A DNA stretch of 64,000 nucleotides from Blastocladiella emersonii ATCC 22665 (Eukaryota; Fungi; Blastocladiomycota). Positions 45,080-56,891 of the stretch are shown in pieces (positions within the stretch are counted from its first letter, which is position 1; each line of letters opens with the position of its first letter). The stretch lies in the NCBI GenBank assembly GCA_025594325.1, contig JANHCV010000001.1:930001-994000 (forward strand). Reading direction: 5' to 3'. Under the pieces are notes generated by a model, which was not told the DNA's origin, ran no database searches, and saw only the letters and a list, made by a program, of their open reading frames with translations. A program made the translations under genes and the position numbers.

Positions 45080-46547
45080 ATGGACCTGACCCGCGACTTC
45101 TGGCTGTGCGCGTCCGCCGCCGCCGCGCCGTCGATCCCGGTCCCGCCCATCCCCTCCCCCGATGGTTCCTCTGCATCCACGGCGACCCCCGCGACCCCCG
45201 CGGGCCTGCGTCGCCGCGGCAGCGTGGCCGTCGACGCAGCCCACGTCATCCCGACGGTGACGCGGCGCCACTCGCGCGCCGGGCCCGCGATGATGCTCGG
45301 GCGCCGGTCGTCGACAGCGTCGTCGCTCGGCGCCGCGACGGGGCCGGTCGCCGCGGCGGTCGCGGCGTCGCGCGCCAAGCAGGCGCCCAGGGACCCGTTT
45401 CTCGCGGAGGCTGAGGCGATCGTGCGTATCGCGGCGCTCCTCCCCTCGTCTTCCTCACCGGGAGCTCACCGTGAGAGTGGATCGTAGATGACCGATATCT
45501 GCGCGCTGGCGTCGTTCCTGCACGCGTCGCGGCGCGCGTACCTCGGCATTGTCTCCTCCTCCACCCCCGCTACCGCCGCAACCGCCACCGCGATCCCGCG
45601 CAGCGTGAGCGTCATGGGCTTCACGCTCGACGTGTCGTCCGTCCCACTCACCGTCGCGGAGCGCGAGCAGTTCGACCAGCAAATGGCGCTGCTGCTGGGC
45701 CAGGCGCGGAAGCGGGTGCGCGCGCTCGAGGCGACGGTCGAGCGCGAGCGGGCGCTGGTGCAGCGCGATGCGAGCGGTGGCAAGGAGGGTGGGCTGTTTG
45801 CGCGGTTCCTGCCAGCGTCGTCCGAGGCGGCGGTCAACGAGGCGCAGGCGGCGCGCGCGGCGCACGCGCAGGCGATGCTCACGCACTACGCGTCGGTCGC
45901 GTGGATCCTCAACCAGCACCTCCTGCGCGTGTCGTCGGAGCAGCGCCGGATCCAGGAGAAGCGCATGGGGCTGGATCTCGACCGGTTGACCATGTACGTT
46001 TCGGGGTGCGCGATGTGCAAGAGGACGCGGACTGACCCCGGGAACATGTAGCGATACGCCGGTCGTCACCAAGCCCGCGGCCCCGCGCGGCGGCGTGCCC
46101 GGCGGGTTCGACGCCATGGCGACGCTGCTCAACACGCTCAACGGGACCGAGACCGCGTCGACCACCACCGCCGCCTCAGCAGCAGCGCCCGACCCGTCGC
46201 CCGACGCGTCGTCCAACCTGCCGGCGGGCCTGCTGCAGGAGCTCGAGGCCGAGAACCAGTCGCTGCTGGCGCAGTTCGAGTCGAAGCTGGACGAGGTGCG
46301 CGCGGCCGAGACGTCGCTGCTGGCGGTGGCGCAGCTGCAGACGGAGCTCGCGCAGCAGATGGCGGTGCAGGCGTCGCAGATCGAGGCGCTGGCCGACGAC
46401 GCCGTGGTGCACACGGACAATGTGCGCGCGGGCAACGTGCAGCTCGCGGCGGCGCGCGAGCTTGGTAAAGGGTCGCGGTTCTGGTTCCTGTTCATGATGC
46501 TCGTCCTGAGCGCGAGTCTCCTGTTCCTCGACTGGTACGCTGGCTAA
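45080..46547 (+). CDS. UFE1: ER Qa-SNARE syntaxin-18/Ufe1; exons 45080-45421, 45488-45993, 46052-46547
   Basis: N-terminal MDLTRDF, DPFLAEA..LASFL..RRAYL, SNARE heptads (LEAENQSLL..QTELAQQMAVQ..GNVQL) and a C-terminal TM ending LLFLDWY. Confidence 0.85.
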
Positions 46548-47298
46548 GGCGCTGGAGCGCAATACACACACGGCCGCATGGCCACGTTAGATTCCCTCAC
46601 TGCACTTGCAACGCGACGCGCGACGACGACGACGGCGGCCGCGATGACGATGGCCACCGACCCACGTCGCCGGCGCCCGAGGACACACACAGGACTTGGT
46701 CCCGACCACGAGCGTCATCGGCGTTTATTGCGCTTGGGGCGCAGCGCGAGTGGCCACAGCCATCATTCGCGAAATGTTTTGCAATCAGTGCCGCGCCATG
46801 ACATTGCGCGTGGCGCCACGAGCCGCAGCCGCGCGCTTGTTCGGGGCAGGGCCGGCGAGGGGACTCAGCCACGGCGCAGCACCACGGACCCGCCGCCGCA
46901 TTCAAAAGGCCCTGGCTCCCCCCGCCGTCCGCTTCCTTGCTTCCAGACCCAACCGTCGTCGTACTCTGCAGCTGGCTCTGCATCCCTCTCCATCTTCCAA
47001 CCTCCACTTTCGTGTTCCCACCCGAGCCGCCCCGGTTGCCCGATTCGTCGCGACACCCGAGCTTTCTTGTTACCTCCCTCCCCTCATCCCCGCGCAGCTT
47101 TTCATTCATCACCGCTGCCCCGCTCCCTTCCCTCACGTTCGCGCCGGCCGCAACGCACTACATAAACCCTGCCTCTCCCCCCGCACCGCCTCTCGCGCTG
47201 CCCCCACCACCACTACCACCACACGCTGCGACGTAAACCCATCCATCGTGCCCGAGACGCGCGCCAAGACCGACCACCCGCAACTACTACCCGACAAG

Positions 47299-48081
47299 AT
47301 GATGTCCACGACCCCCTCGTCCTCGTTCGACTCGACGCCGTCGTCGCCCGACCGCTACGCCAAGGTGCCGCAGCGGCGCCGCTCGTCGGCGTCGTCGACG
47401 GCGTCGCTCACGGCGCTGGCGTCGGCGGCGACGTACTCGCAGCAGGAGATCTACTCGTTCCTGCTCGTGTCCAAGGAGCTGGCGGCGGCGGCCGACTTCA
47501 TCTGCCAGCTGCTGGAGCTGGGCGGGCTCAACGACGACATTCTGCTGTCCGAGTTCAAGACGATCCTGGTCGACCTCATGTCGGAGCGTTTCTCGGAGAT
47601 CTGGGACATCCGCGCGCCCAAGAAGGGCGCCGGGTTCCGCACCATCTCGCACGCGCCCAACCTGCCCAACCAGCACGTCGACCCGATCCTGCACCAGGCG
47701 TTTGTCGCGTGCAACATCCACCCGAAGCACCTCGCCACGCTGCTGCCCGTGTCCTTCTCGCTGACCATCAACCCGGGGCTCGTCGCCTACACGACGAGTG
47801 ACGTCGAGGGGTTCCAGCCCGTGCACCTGTTCGAGGCCCGCCCGTACCTGCCGCCCAAGCACCAGGAGCCCGTCGACCACGGCGCCGAGATCCGCCTGCG
47901 CGCCCTGCGGTCCGTCGAGCTCGGCCACGCCAAGCTCGACGACTTTGACGTCGACTCGTACTTTGGCGGCCGCTCGGGCGTCCCCGCGCGTCGGCCCTCG
48001 CTGCCGCCGTCGCCCGCCACCTCGCTGCTGTCCGGCGGCGCTGGCGCCACGGTGTCGTCGCAGACGGGCCGCCTTCACTAG
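47299..48081 (+). CDS. BTG/Tob (APRO) domain protein
   Basis: KELAAAADFI..F..L..LM.ERFSEIW...PKKGAGFRTI..VDPIL.QA..LP.SFSLTINPGLVAY follows the BTG domain pattern. Confidence 0.75.
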   Translation: MMSTTPSSSFDSTPSSPDRYAKVPQRRRSSASSTASLTALASAATYSQQEIYSFLLVSKELAAAADFICQLLELGGLNDDILLSEFKTILVDLMSERFSEIWDIRAPKKGAGFRTISHAPNLPNQHVDPILHQAFVACNIHPKHLATLLPVSFSLTINPGLVAYTTSDVEGFQPVHLFEARPYLPPKHQEPVDHGAEIRLRALRSVELGHAKLDDFDVDSYFGGRSGVPARRPSLPPSPATSLLSGGAGATVSSQTGRLH

Positions 48082-48498
48082 ACGCTGCCGTGTCGTGTCG
48101 TCCCAACCCATCCCTTAGCTGCATCCTCATCATCATCCTCATCACGCTGTACATACGCCGCCGCCGTCGACTGGGTCGCGCGCGCCGCCATCCTCACTCC
48201 TCACTCTCCTCTCTGATTGATCTTCTCTCTCCCCCTCTCCCGTCCTACACACTACCAACAATAAGATGTTCTTGGCCCTTCCACCCCGCACCCGTTCCCA
48301 CGCTTGAGGTGGGAGGCGCAGCACGCGCGTGTCCGCGACCACGCGGTGCGAGACGCGTTGGCGCGAACCCGAAACGCGTGAGACGCGTCGCCACGTGTGC
48401 GCCGCGAGCGATCCTGCCCGCCGGTTTTAGGGTTTTCGCTACTCGGCTTCGCCACCCTCGCTCTCTCTCCCCACGAATGAATCCCTTATGAAGCTACC

Positions 48499-49587
48499 AT
48501 GAACGCAACTCCCCGCAACGCCTCGGGGCTCAACAGCTACTTCCGCCAGTACGGCCTGATGGTCGAGTTGTACGTCCACGCCACCAACACCCCGCGCCAC
48601 CCTTGGTCCCTGACCTCCCCCTCAACAGCAAAACGCTGCGCAACCCGAACCAGTGTCCGCGCGGCATGTACCTGCACCCGGCGACCGACAACGTGGCGCA
48701 GTGGCACGGCGTGTACTTTCCGACGTCCGGCCCGTACTTCAAGGGCGTGTTCCGGTTCGTCGTCGACTTTCCGCCAGAGTACCCCAAGGTCCCGCCGCGC
48801 GTCGTGTTCACGTCCGACATGTATCACCCGCTCGTCTACCCGCCGTCGACGGGGTCGAGCACGGCCGCGGCGGCCGCGGCGGATTTTATGAGCTCGTTCC
48901 TGCCCTTTTCCTCTTCCCCCGAAGCGGGCGTGCACCGGCCCGTGCCCGGCGAACTCGTCCTGCTGCACCCGTGGGACCCGACGGCGCACCGCGCGCTGCA
49001 CGTGCTGTGGTTCCTCAAGTGGGCGTTCTCGAGCAAGTTCTTTACCGCGCTGGCGCAGCCGCTCGGGGACGAGGTCGGGGCCGCAGACCCCACCAACGGC
49101 AACGCCGCGCCACCGCCGCCGCCCGTGATCCCGCGCGCGCTGTCGGCCAACGCCGAGGCGTGGGACATGTACCGCGCGAACCGCGCCGCGTACCTGCAGA
49201 TCGTCGACCGCGTCGTGCTCGCGAGTCTCGGCGAGGACGTGCTGTACGCGCGGCCCGGGCAGGGGAACCCGATTGCGTTTGCGCCGCTGACCGAGGCGCG
49301 GTTTGGTGCGTCTTGTTGGTGGGACTGTGCGAGGCGGGACTGACGCTCGATCGGCGCGTGTAGATGATATCAAGCAACGCATGCTCTCTCGGGTACGTCT
49401 CCTTCCCTCCATCACGCGTCGCCACGACCCGCGCGCTGACCCGTTGCCCGCGTGTGCGTAGCCCTCGGCCCCGCCAACCGCGGCCACCGCCGCCGCGACG
49501 CTGCGCAAGGTCGCGAGCCAGTACGACGTGCCGCTTCTGCCGACCAACCCGCGCGCGCCCGTCCCCTCAGGGCCCCTGTTCCCTTGA
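48499..49587 (+). CDS. AKTIP: AKTIP/FTS (crossbronx)-like inactive E2 variant; exons 48499-48569, 48629-49305, 49364-49392, 49462-49587
   Basis: Spliced sequence YGLMVEFKTL..GMYLHP..WHGVYF..GPYFKGVFRF..FPPEYP..PRVVF..MYHPLV..WDP..H..HVLWFLK..F. No E2 catalytic Cys is recognisable. Confidence 0.72.
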
Positions 49588-49772
49588 CCTCCTCCCTAAT
49601 GTACCAATACCTGATCAATCAGTCTGCGAGAGCGTGTATAATACTAGGATAGGGCTAGGGGGCGCTATGGGACCGCAGCACAGCGGTCATCGGACGAGAA
49701 CAACAATGGAGGGAATACTGCAAACAAAAACGGTTGAAGAGCACAAAAAAAGACGACGGTCACCACCAAACC

Positions 49773-52700
49773 TTAGTGGTGGTGCATCATCATCGGCAGC
49801 GGCTGCACCGTCGGGAAGTTGACGCCCCAGCACACGTCGTCGAGGTTGAAGTCGGCCGCCGCGCCCGCGGGGCCCTCGTCCGACAGGCTGCGCAGGACGC
49901 ACCCGCCCGACTGGCACGTCGAGGCCGTCGTTGCCGAGGTCGCGGCCGCGGACGCCGCCGCCGCAGCGGAGGACGGGAAAACGACGGGCGCCGCGGCCAT
50001 CGCGGCCGCCATCGCCGAGACACTCGCCGAGATCCCACCCGCGGCGGTGCGGGCCCCGTTGAGCGACAGCGGCTTGATCATGGACGGCGCGAACTGGACC
50101 CCGCCCGCCCCCGCCGCGGGGACCGCAAGCGACGCGGCCGTGTACCCGGACGCGAGACTGGCCATGGCGGACGCAGACGCGGCCGACTCGAAGAACCCGC
50201 CGCCGCCCTGGACGTACGGGGGCGCGAGGAACCCGGACGTGGGCGTGTCGGGGACGCCCGTGGCGAACTTGGCTGCGGCCGAGGCCGCGAGGACGGACTC
50301 GGCGGCCGCGAGGTGCAGCGACGCAACGCGCGGGCGCGCGCGGCGTTTCGGGCGCGCCGCGACCGAGGCCACGGTGCGCAGGGACTGCGCCGCGGAGACG
50401 GCGGTCGAGGTCGGCGCGGGACCCGCCATGATGGCGTCGGCGGTCAGGAACACGGACGCGAGCAGGTCGTCGGTGTCGTTGTCGTCGCCGTAGTAGTCCT
50501 CGTCCATGTCCGAGTCGTCGGCCCACGCCGTCGTCAGCCACATGTCGAGCATGTCGCACGCGGCCGTCGAGGTGGACGGGACGGTATCCTCGTCCATGTC
50601 CGAGATGGCGGGCGACGACGGGATCGACGGCGATGCCGCGACCGAGTGCACGTAGTGCGGCGGCATCACTGCAGCCGCCGGTTGACGCGGCACCACCCCA
50701 AGTCCGAGCGCGGGCGACGGGAGCGCGGCCGCGACCGGCACCGAGGCGCGCGACGACGAGGACACGACGTCGATCATGAGGTCCTCGACATCGGCCCCGT
50801 GCGCGCCGAAATCGGACCCGACATCGTCGTCGTCGAGCGAGCGCATGCACAGCTCCGAAAGCGTCGGGTCCGGGTCCGCCGCGGACGCCGCCGCTGCGGA
50901 AGCGTGCGCGTGGCCGAGGGCGTGGAGCGCGGGCGACGAGACGGGCGACGACGCGAGGAGCGATTTGGGCGAGGTGGCGATGATGGGCGCGTCAAACGCC
51001 GCGGCGAACGTGATGGCGGGCGACTCGGGCGCGATCGGCGAGGCGAGGTTGCTCGTGAGCCGCTGCCGCTTGCGCTTGGGCTGCTCGGACTCGCCGGCGG
51101 CGGCCGCGGAGGGCGCAGGGCGGTCGACGTCCATGGCGGACGGCGACGCGGCGCGGGCCGCCGACCGCGCGGTCGGGACGGGCGACGAGGCCGGGGTGGT
51201 CGGGAGCGCGACCGCGGTGCGGGCCTTGGCGGCGGCGGGCGACGAGGCGGCGACGACGACGTGGGCCGCCGACATGGGCGGCGAGGGGCCAACGATGGCG
51301 GGCAGGATGGCGGCGGACACGGGGACGGCCGCGTCCATGGCCGAGGCGGCGCGCTTGGACGCCTTGGCCGTGGCCGTGTCGGCCTTGGTTCTTGGCTTGG
51401 CCTTGGGCTTCGCGGCAGCGCCGGACGCGGCCTTGGTGGCCTTGGCGGGCGCCGGGGCCGCTGGTGTTGGCGCAGCGGCGACGGGCGCAGCGGGCGCTTG
51501 TGGCGCGAACGTGAGCGCGGGCGCGGCGCCGGTCTTAGGGACCGCAACCGTCGCCGTGGCAGCGGCAGCGGCAGCAGCGGCCTTGGCGGCAGCCTCGGCC
51601 TCGGCGGCTTCCGCGGCGGCGCGCGAGCGCTTGAGGCTGGCGGCGGTCACGCCGCACCCGGCCGAGGCGAAGCCGGAGGGCCGCGTGCGCTTGGCGTCGG
51701 GGCCGAGCAGGGCCTCGAGGTACGCGGCATCGACGGTCCAGAAGCTGCGATTTCATACAGAGAGGGGGATCGGGGGCGGGCGGGAGTGAGCAACGGGTGG
51801 TCGGCGACAGAGACGGATCGCCTTATAGTCCCAGTACGTTTCGAGTCGAGGTGAGGGTGCCCTCGCGCCACCGGGTTATCACAAAGTGTTGTCGGTCGCC
51901 GTCGTCGAGCGCGAGCGTGTGCAGGGGGTCGGGTGCCAGGTCGTCGGTGGTCGGTCGTCATCAGCAAGGTGTGGTGGCGAGAGATCAGATTCGGAGCGGC
52001 ACCCAGGCACAGCGCACACGCAAGCGGGCAGGCGGCGGCGAGCATTGAGGAAAGGAGCGCGAGAGCACGAACACACGGACACGCAAGGGAGAGAAGAGAG
52101 GGTCCTCAGGAGGGGGCCAGCGAGAGTGCGCACCTTCCCTTGCCTTCGACCTCCTTGGGCCGCGGCTCCTTGATGAAGCACTTGTTGGTGGAGAGGTTGT
52201 GGCGGACCGAGTTCTGTTGAGGTGCGGAGCGTGGTGGTTAGAATTCGTGACACGAGGGACGGGCGGTGACGTCAGACGGGCGCCTGCGCCACCCAGCGGC
52301 GAAGGCGGGAAAGCGGCGCGGCGATCGGAGCATTTCCGCCCGAGTCACAGGACCCGTTGCGGTGCGGGGCCGATCGCCCCGCCTGCTTCGCCACCATCCC
52401 CGCCGCCAGTCAGCGTGGCGTAGCGTGGCGAGGACGAGGGAGGGGGCCGATCGCGCGCGAGCACGCCCACGCCGCCCACGGATCGGGCCGTGAGAAGCGC
52501 GAACGCGAGGCAAGCGCGGGAACGTTGGGGGAGAGAGGTGGGCCCACATGCGCCGCCGCGGCCGCGAGCGATCCCACCCATGACCGGCTGGCGCGAGCGC
52601 GAGCGCGATCAATCACGGCGTGGGAGTCGCGAGGGAGGGAATGTGGCCGCGGACGCCGTGGGGACGCAGGGTGCGGGTGGACCCGGAACAGCGAGCGAAG

Positions 52701-53821
52701 CGACGGCGACGACGTACCTGCCAGCCGCTCTCGGACATGCGGAAGAAGGGGAAGTGGTCCTGGATCCACGCGTAGATGTTGGCCAGCGTCATCTTGCCGT
52801 CCTTGGCCTCGGAGATGGCGCGGCAGATGAGCTGCGCGTACGACAGCTTGGGCTTCTCGTACACGTTGCCGTCGGCCCCGACGATGGCCGTCACGGGCTC
52901 GCGCGGCCGGTCGCGCCGCGCGCCCGTGCCCGCCGTCTTCTTCTTGGCACCCGTCGTCTTGGTCGTGGCGGCCGCGGGCGTGGTGGCGGTCGTGGTGGCG
53001 GTGGTACCCGCTCTCGCCGCGGCAGAGCCAGCTGCAGCGGCGGACGAGGAGGCGGTGGTGGAGGCGGCCGAGGCGACGGCGGGCGAGCCCGATCGGGACC
53101 CGACGACGAGCGGCGATGCCGACGCACTCGAGATCGAGTCGGACGAGCGCAGCGCGTCGGCCGAGGCGGCGCTACCGAGGAGCGATCCAGCCGACGACGC
53201 CGTGCCGCTAGCGAGGCGCGACGCCGCCGCAGCCGCGAGCGAGGCCGACGAGGTGCCCGTCGCCGAAGCGACCGCCGCCGCCGCAGCAGCAGCGACGGCG
53301 GCCGATCGGGCGGCGGCGGCGTGCGCATAAACCATGCCGGGGAGGCTGACGCCCGAGAGCGCGGCGTGGTAGAGGGCGAGCGAGGACGGCGAGGGCCCCG
53401 GGCCGTACATGGACGCGGCCATGGCGGCGACCGACGGCGACACGTACGGCCCGCCGTGCGCGTGCGCCGCCGACAGCAGCGGGTACGCCAGCTGCTGCTG
53501 CGCCTGCTGCTGCAGGTGCTGCAGATGCTGCAGCTGCGCCTGGTGGTGCGGGTTCGGGATCGGCGTGAAGGCCGTATGCGGCGGCGGCGGCGGGGACGTC
53601 GACTTGGCCTTGGTGGTTGATGAGGTGGCGGGGACCGGGGTCGGCGCGAGCGTCGGCGAGACCACTTCCTGCGACGCTGCACTTGGACGAGGGCCGGTGG
53701 TCGAGGCGGCGGCGGCAGCAGCAGCCGTCTTGGGCGTCGGGACCGCGACGGCGGCAGCGGCCGAGGCACCAACGGTCATGGCGGCAACGACGATATCGGG
53801 GCGGCCGAGCACGGACGCCAT
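49773..53821 (-). CDS. Forkhead transcription factor (FoxJ1/Hcm1-like DBD, no FHA seen); exons 53821-52718, 52213-52134, 51744-49773 (1051 aa)
   Basis: Spliced DBD: [36 protein letters not shown]|[26 protein letters not shown]|SFWTVD. Spliced length is 3156 nt, divisible by 3. Confidence 0.92.
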
Positions 53822-55167
53822 GGCGGTTCGGGGTGGTCGGTGTGGGGGTGGGGGGAACGGCTTTGTATGATGATGCGGATGCGGAGAGAAGGGAGGGGAG
53901 AGAGGACCGGTGGCGGGGCGGCGGCGGATTCGATTCACTTGTTCGGCGAAGGCTGCAGGCACAGGCACGCAGGCCGGGTGGGACGAACGAATGCACCGCG
54001 TGCAGGCGAACAACAGCGCTCTGCCGTCAGTCTCGGTTCGGACATCGCGCAAGCTCGTGTGTAGCGCACCTCGGAGCGAGAGCAGAAGCGAGAGGAGGAG
54101 GAGGAGGGGAATCGGGGGTCCGTTCGAGTCGACGGACAGCGGAGAGAGGAGTGCGAGTGTGGCAGGGTCCCGATGCAGGGACGGGAGGCAGGTAATCGAT
54201 GAGACGGGAGAGAGAGAGCGAGGGCGCAGACGGCAGGGCCGAGGAAGGGACGAGGGCGCCGCGATCGGCGAGGTCGGGGGTGAGTGACGACGACTCAACG
54301 GCGAAGGCCGGAGCTGCTGTACAAGGGACCAGCCACCGCCGCGTTCATGCCGGCCCATCCCGACCCGACTCACGCTGCGCGCTTCGCGATGTTGACGCCG
54401 CCACCTGGGGCCTCCCTCCTCGCGGGCGTGCCCGGCATGGCGCAGCGGTGCTCCTGAACGCGGCCCTGCTGTGCCACCCTGCCGCTCTCCGGCCCGCGTT
54501 CCCATGCCCGCTGCTGGTCGCTCGCTCCGGCCCTGCCCGACCCTCATGCGTCCCTGCCTCGCCCTGCAGCCGACCATGACCAACACGTTCTCCGTTTTCG
54601 TCGTCGCCACCACGACGGTCGCGCGCGCGTCCCCTCGATCGGCTGAACTTCTGTACCGCCCTGCATGAGGGGTCCGCCATCGCGCCTTGGCGCAGGGACC
54701 CCCCGGTTTGCAGGGATTCGCGCCGCGACCTGAAACGAGCTCCCTGCACGTCATCCTTGTTCATCTCGTCGGGGCCGCCCGCCGTCATGGTCGTGGCCGA
54801 ACGCGGTGGCAGTATAGCGAGACGCGTCCTCGCATGGACCGCGGCCACTGCCAGGTGAGGGTGGCCACCGCCGACGAGGCCAGGAGCGAGAAGTGCAATG
54901 TGATTGCAGCGAGTTCGACCACATTTGAGTCGGCTTCAGCTCGCTTGAGGGGTTCTTGAGGCGCGGACGCCGTATCGCGCTGTTCTTCTCGATTGAGCCA
55001 GCGATTGAGCGAGTGATGAGCGCTCGACAACGGGTCAGCCGATTCCACGTGACGTGAGGCGCAACACGACCCCGCCTCCGCCGCCCGCCACCGCGCGGCG
55101 CCCGTCGATGCCGCGCCGCCATCGCAGCGTCACCACGACGACGAGAAACCTCGACGCATTACGCAAC

Positions 55168-56153
55168 ATGACCACGAAGTTTGTCAAGACCGAGTTTGTG
55201 AACAACGAGGTAACTTGCCCTCGCCCCATGCATCGACACCGCGCACCGCTCATGAATTCAATGGATCATTGACCGATGCCTGCCCGCGTCCCGCGCTGTT
55301 TTCGCGAGCGTAGAAGGGCGTCCTCGCCGCTCTCGACGAGTTCCGGTTCCCCGACAACGTGCCCGTCGTCGAGGTCGTCGCCGTCGACTCGGCCGAGCCC
55401 ATCGAGATCGCCGACATCAACGATGACCTGAAGCGCGAGCTTGCCTTGTACGCATCCCGCTCGCCTGTCCGCGTGCGCTACTCAATCCAGGCCGCTCACA
55501 TCTGCGCCTTTGTCGAGTGTAGCTACAACCAGGCGCACGCCGCCGTCCTCGCCGCCCGCAAGGCGTTGCTCGCCGCCAACGTGCCCTTCTCGCGCCCCGA
55601 GGACTACTTTGCCGAGATGGTCAAGACTGACGCGCACATGGCCAAGATCCGCACCAAGCTGATCGAGGAGTCGGCGTCCATCAAGAAGTCCGAGGAGGCC
55701 AAGCGCCAGCGCGACATGAAGAAGTACGGCAAGCAGGTCCAGGCCGAGGTGCTCAAGGAGCGCAAGGCCAAGGAGAAGTCCCTCTCGGACAAGGTGGCCT
55801 CCATCAAGAAGAAGCGCAAGCTCGAGCAGGCCACGGACGCGTCCATGGAGGACGACATCGACATTGCCATCATGTCGGACGACGACTCGGGCAAGCCCGC
55901 CAAGAAGCGCGCCCGCACCGGCGACAAGCCCGCGCCCAACAAGAAGCGCATGCAGAAGAACGTCAAGTACGGGTTCGGCGGCAAGAAGCGCGGCAGCAAG
56001 CGCAACTCGGCCGACAGTGTCGCCGACTTCAAGTACTCGTCCCGCGGCGGCGCCGATAAGCCCACCAAGGCCGGCAAGCCGGGCAAGAAGCCCGCGGCGG
56101 CCAAGCGGCCCGGCAAGGCCGCCCGGCAAGCGACCCGCAACAAGAAGAACTGA
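55168..56153 (+). CDS. EBP2: rRNA-processing protein Ebp2; exons about 55168-55209, 55314-55447, 55523-56153 (start may be 55108)
   Basis: DINDDLKRELAFY, VPFSRPEDYFAEMVKTDAHM, KRQRDMKKYGKQVQ, KYGFGGKKRGSKRN and KRPGK. Confidence 0.92.
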
Positions 56154-56891
56154 GGTGGCGGTTTGCTGACGTCAAAAAATGTATTATCTTACTTGTCCAT
56201 CGTGCTAGTTGATCGACTGGTCCTGCGGCAGCGAGCCTAAGCATCTCACTCATCGCGCGATGAATGCTAGGAAGCGTGATGCGACCTGCGGGATCAATAT
56301 TTGCAGAGTCGAACGTGCTTTGAGTGTATTGATCACGGAAGCGTACTCGCTGACGTGTATGCATCAAGGCAGTGATGCTGGAGCTCCGCGCTGGCGAGCG
56401 AGATGAGACCGACTTGGTTCCTGAGCTTGAGCACCAGGTCCTGCGAAATGGTCAAAGGGTCGTCGCCACAAAGGTTGTCAAACAGTATGGAAAACACGTC
56501 GGCCTGTTCCGTGAGCGTGGAAACTCGCACATGGCCCACGGCAGCAGCTGTAATGATCAAACCCTTGCGCCCCAGGGTACTGCTTAACTCCCCAGTTTGC
56601 TGCACAGGCCAGGCATAGTAGACTTGACGGCTGAAGCCGTCCGGTCCAGCATTTCGGCCACCAACGCAAGTCGCCTTGAGAGCCGAACGATTGTCGCGTT
56701 GGTCCGCCGAACAGCGGCGCCCGCCACGCGCCGCCATTGAAAAATGAGGAGTGCAAGAAACAATCGCCGCCGCCATTGCACAGTAGCAGCGGGGCACGCA
56801 AGGACTGCGGCCACCTTTCGCGGCGCATGCTACGCGCCGCAGTGGAAGTCAGCCCTCGCCGTCGCAGTACCGCCGCCGTACCGCCGCCACC

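Noticed and set aside
52613-54754. 713-aa ORF implying a longer N-terminus for the forkhead protein
   Set aside because: The part upstream of ATG 53821 is pyrimidine-rich leader-like sequence without coding bias, and the part below 52718 is intron 1.
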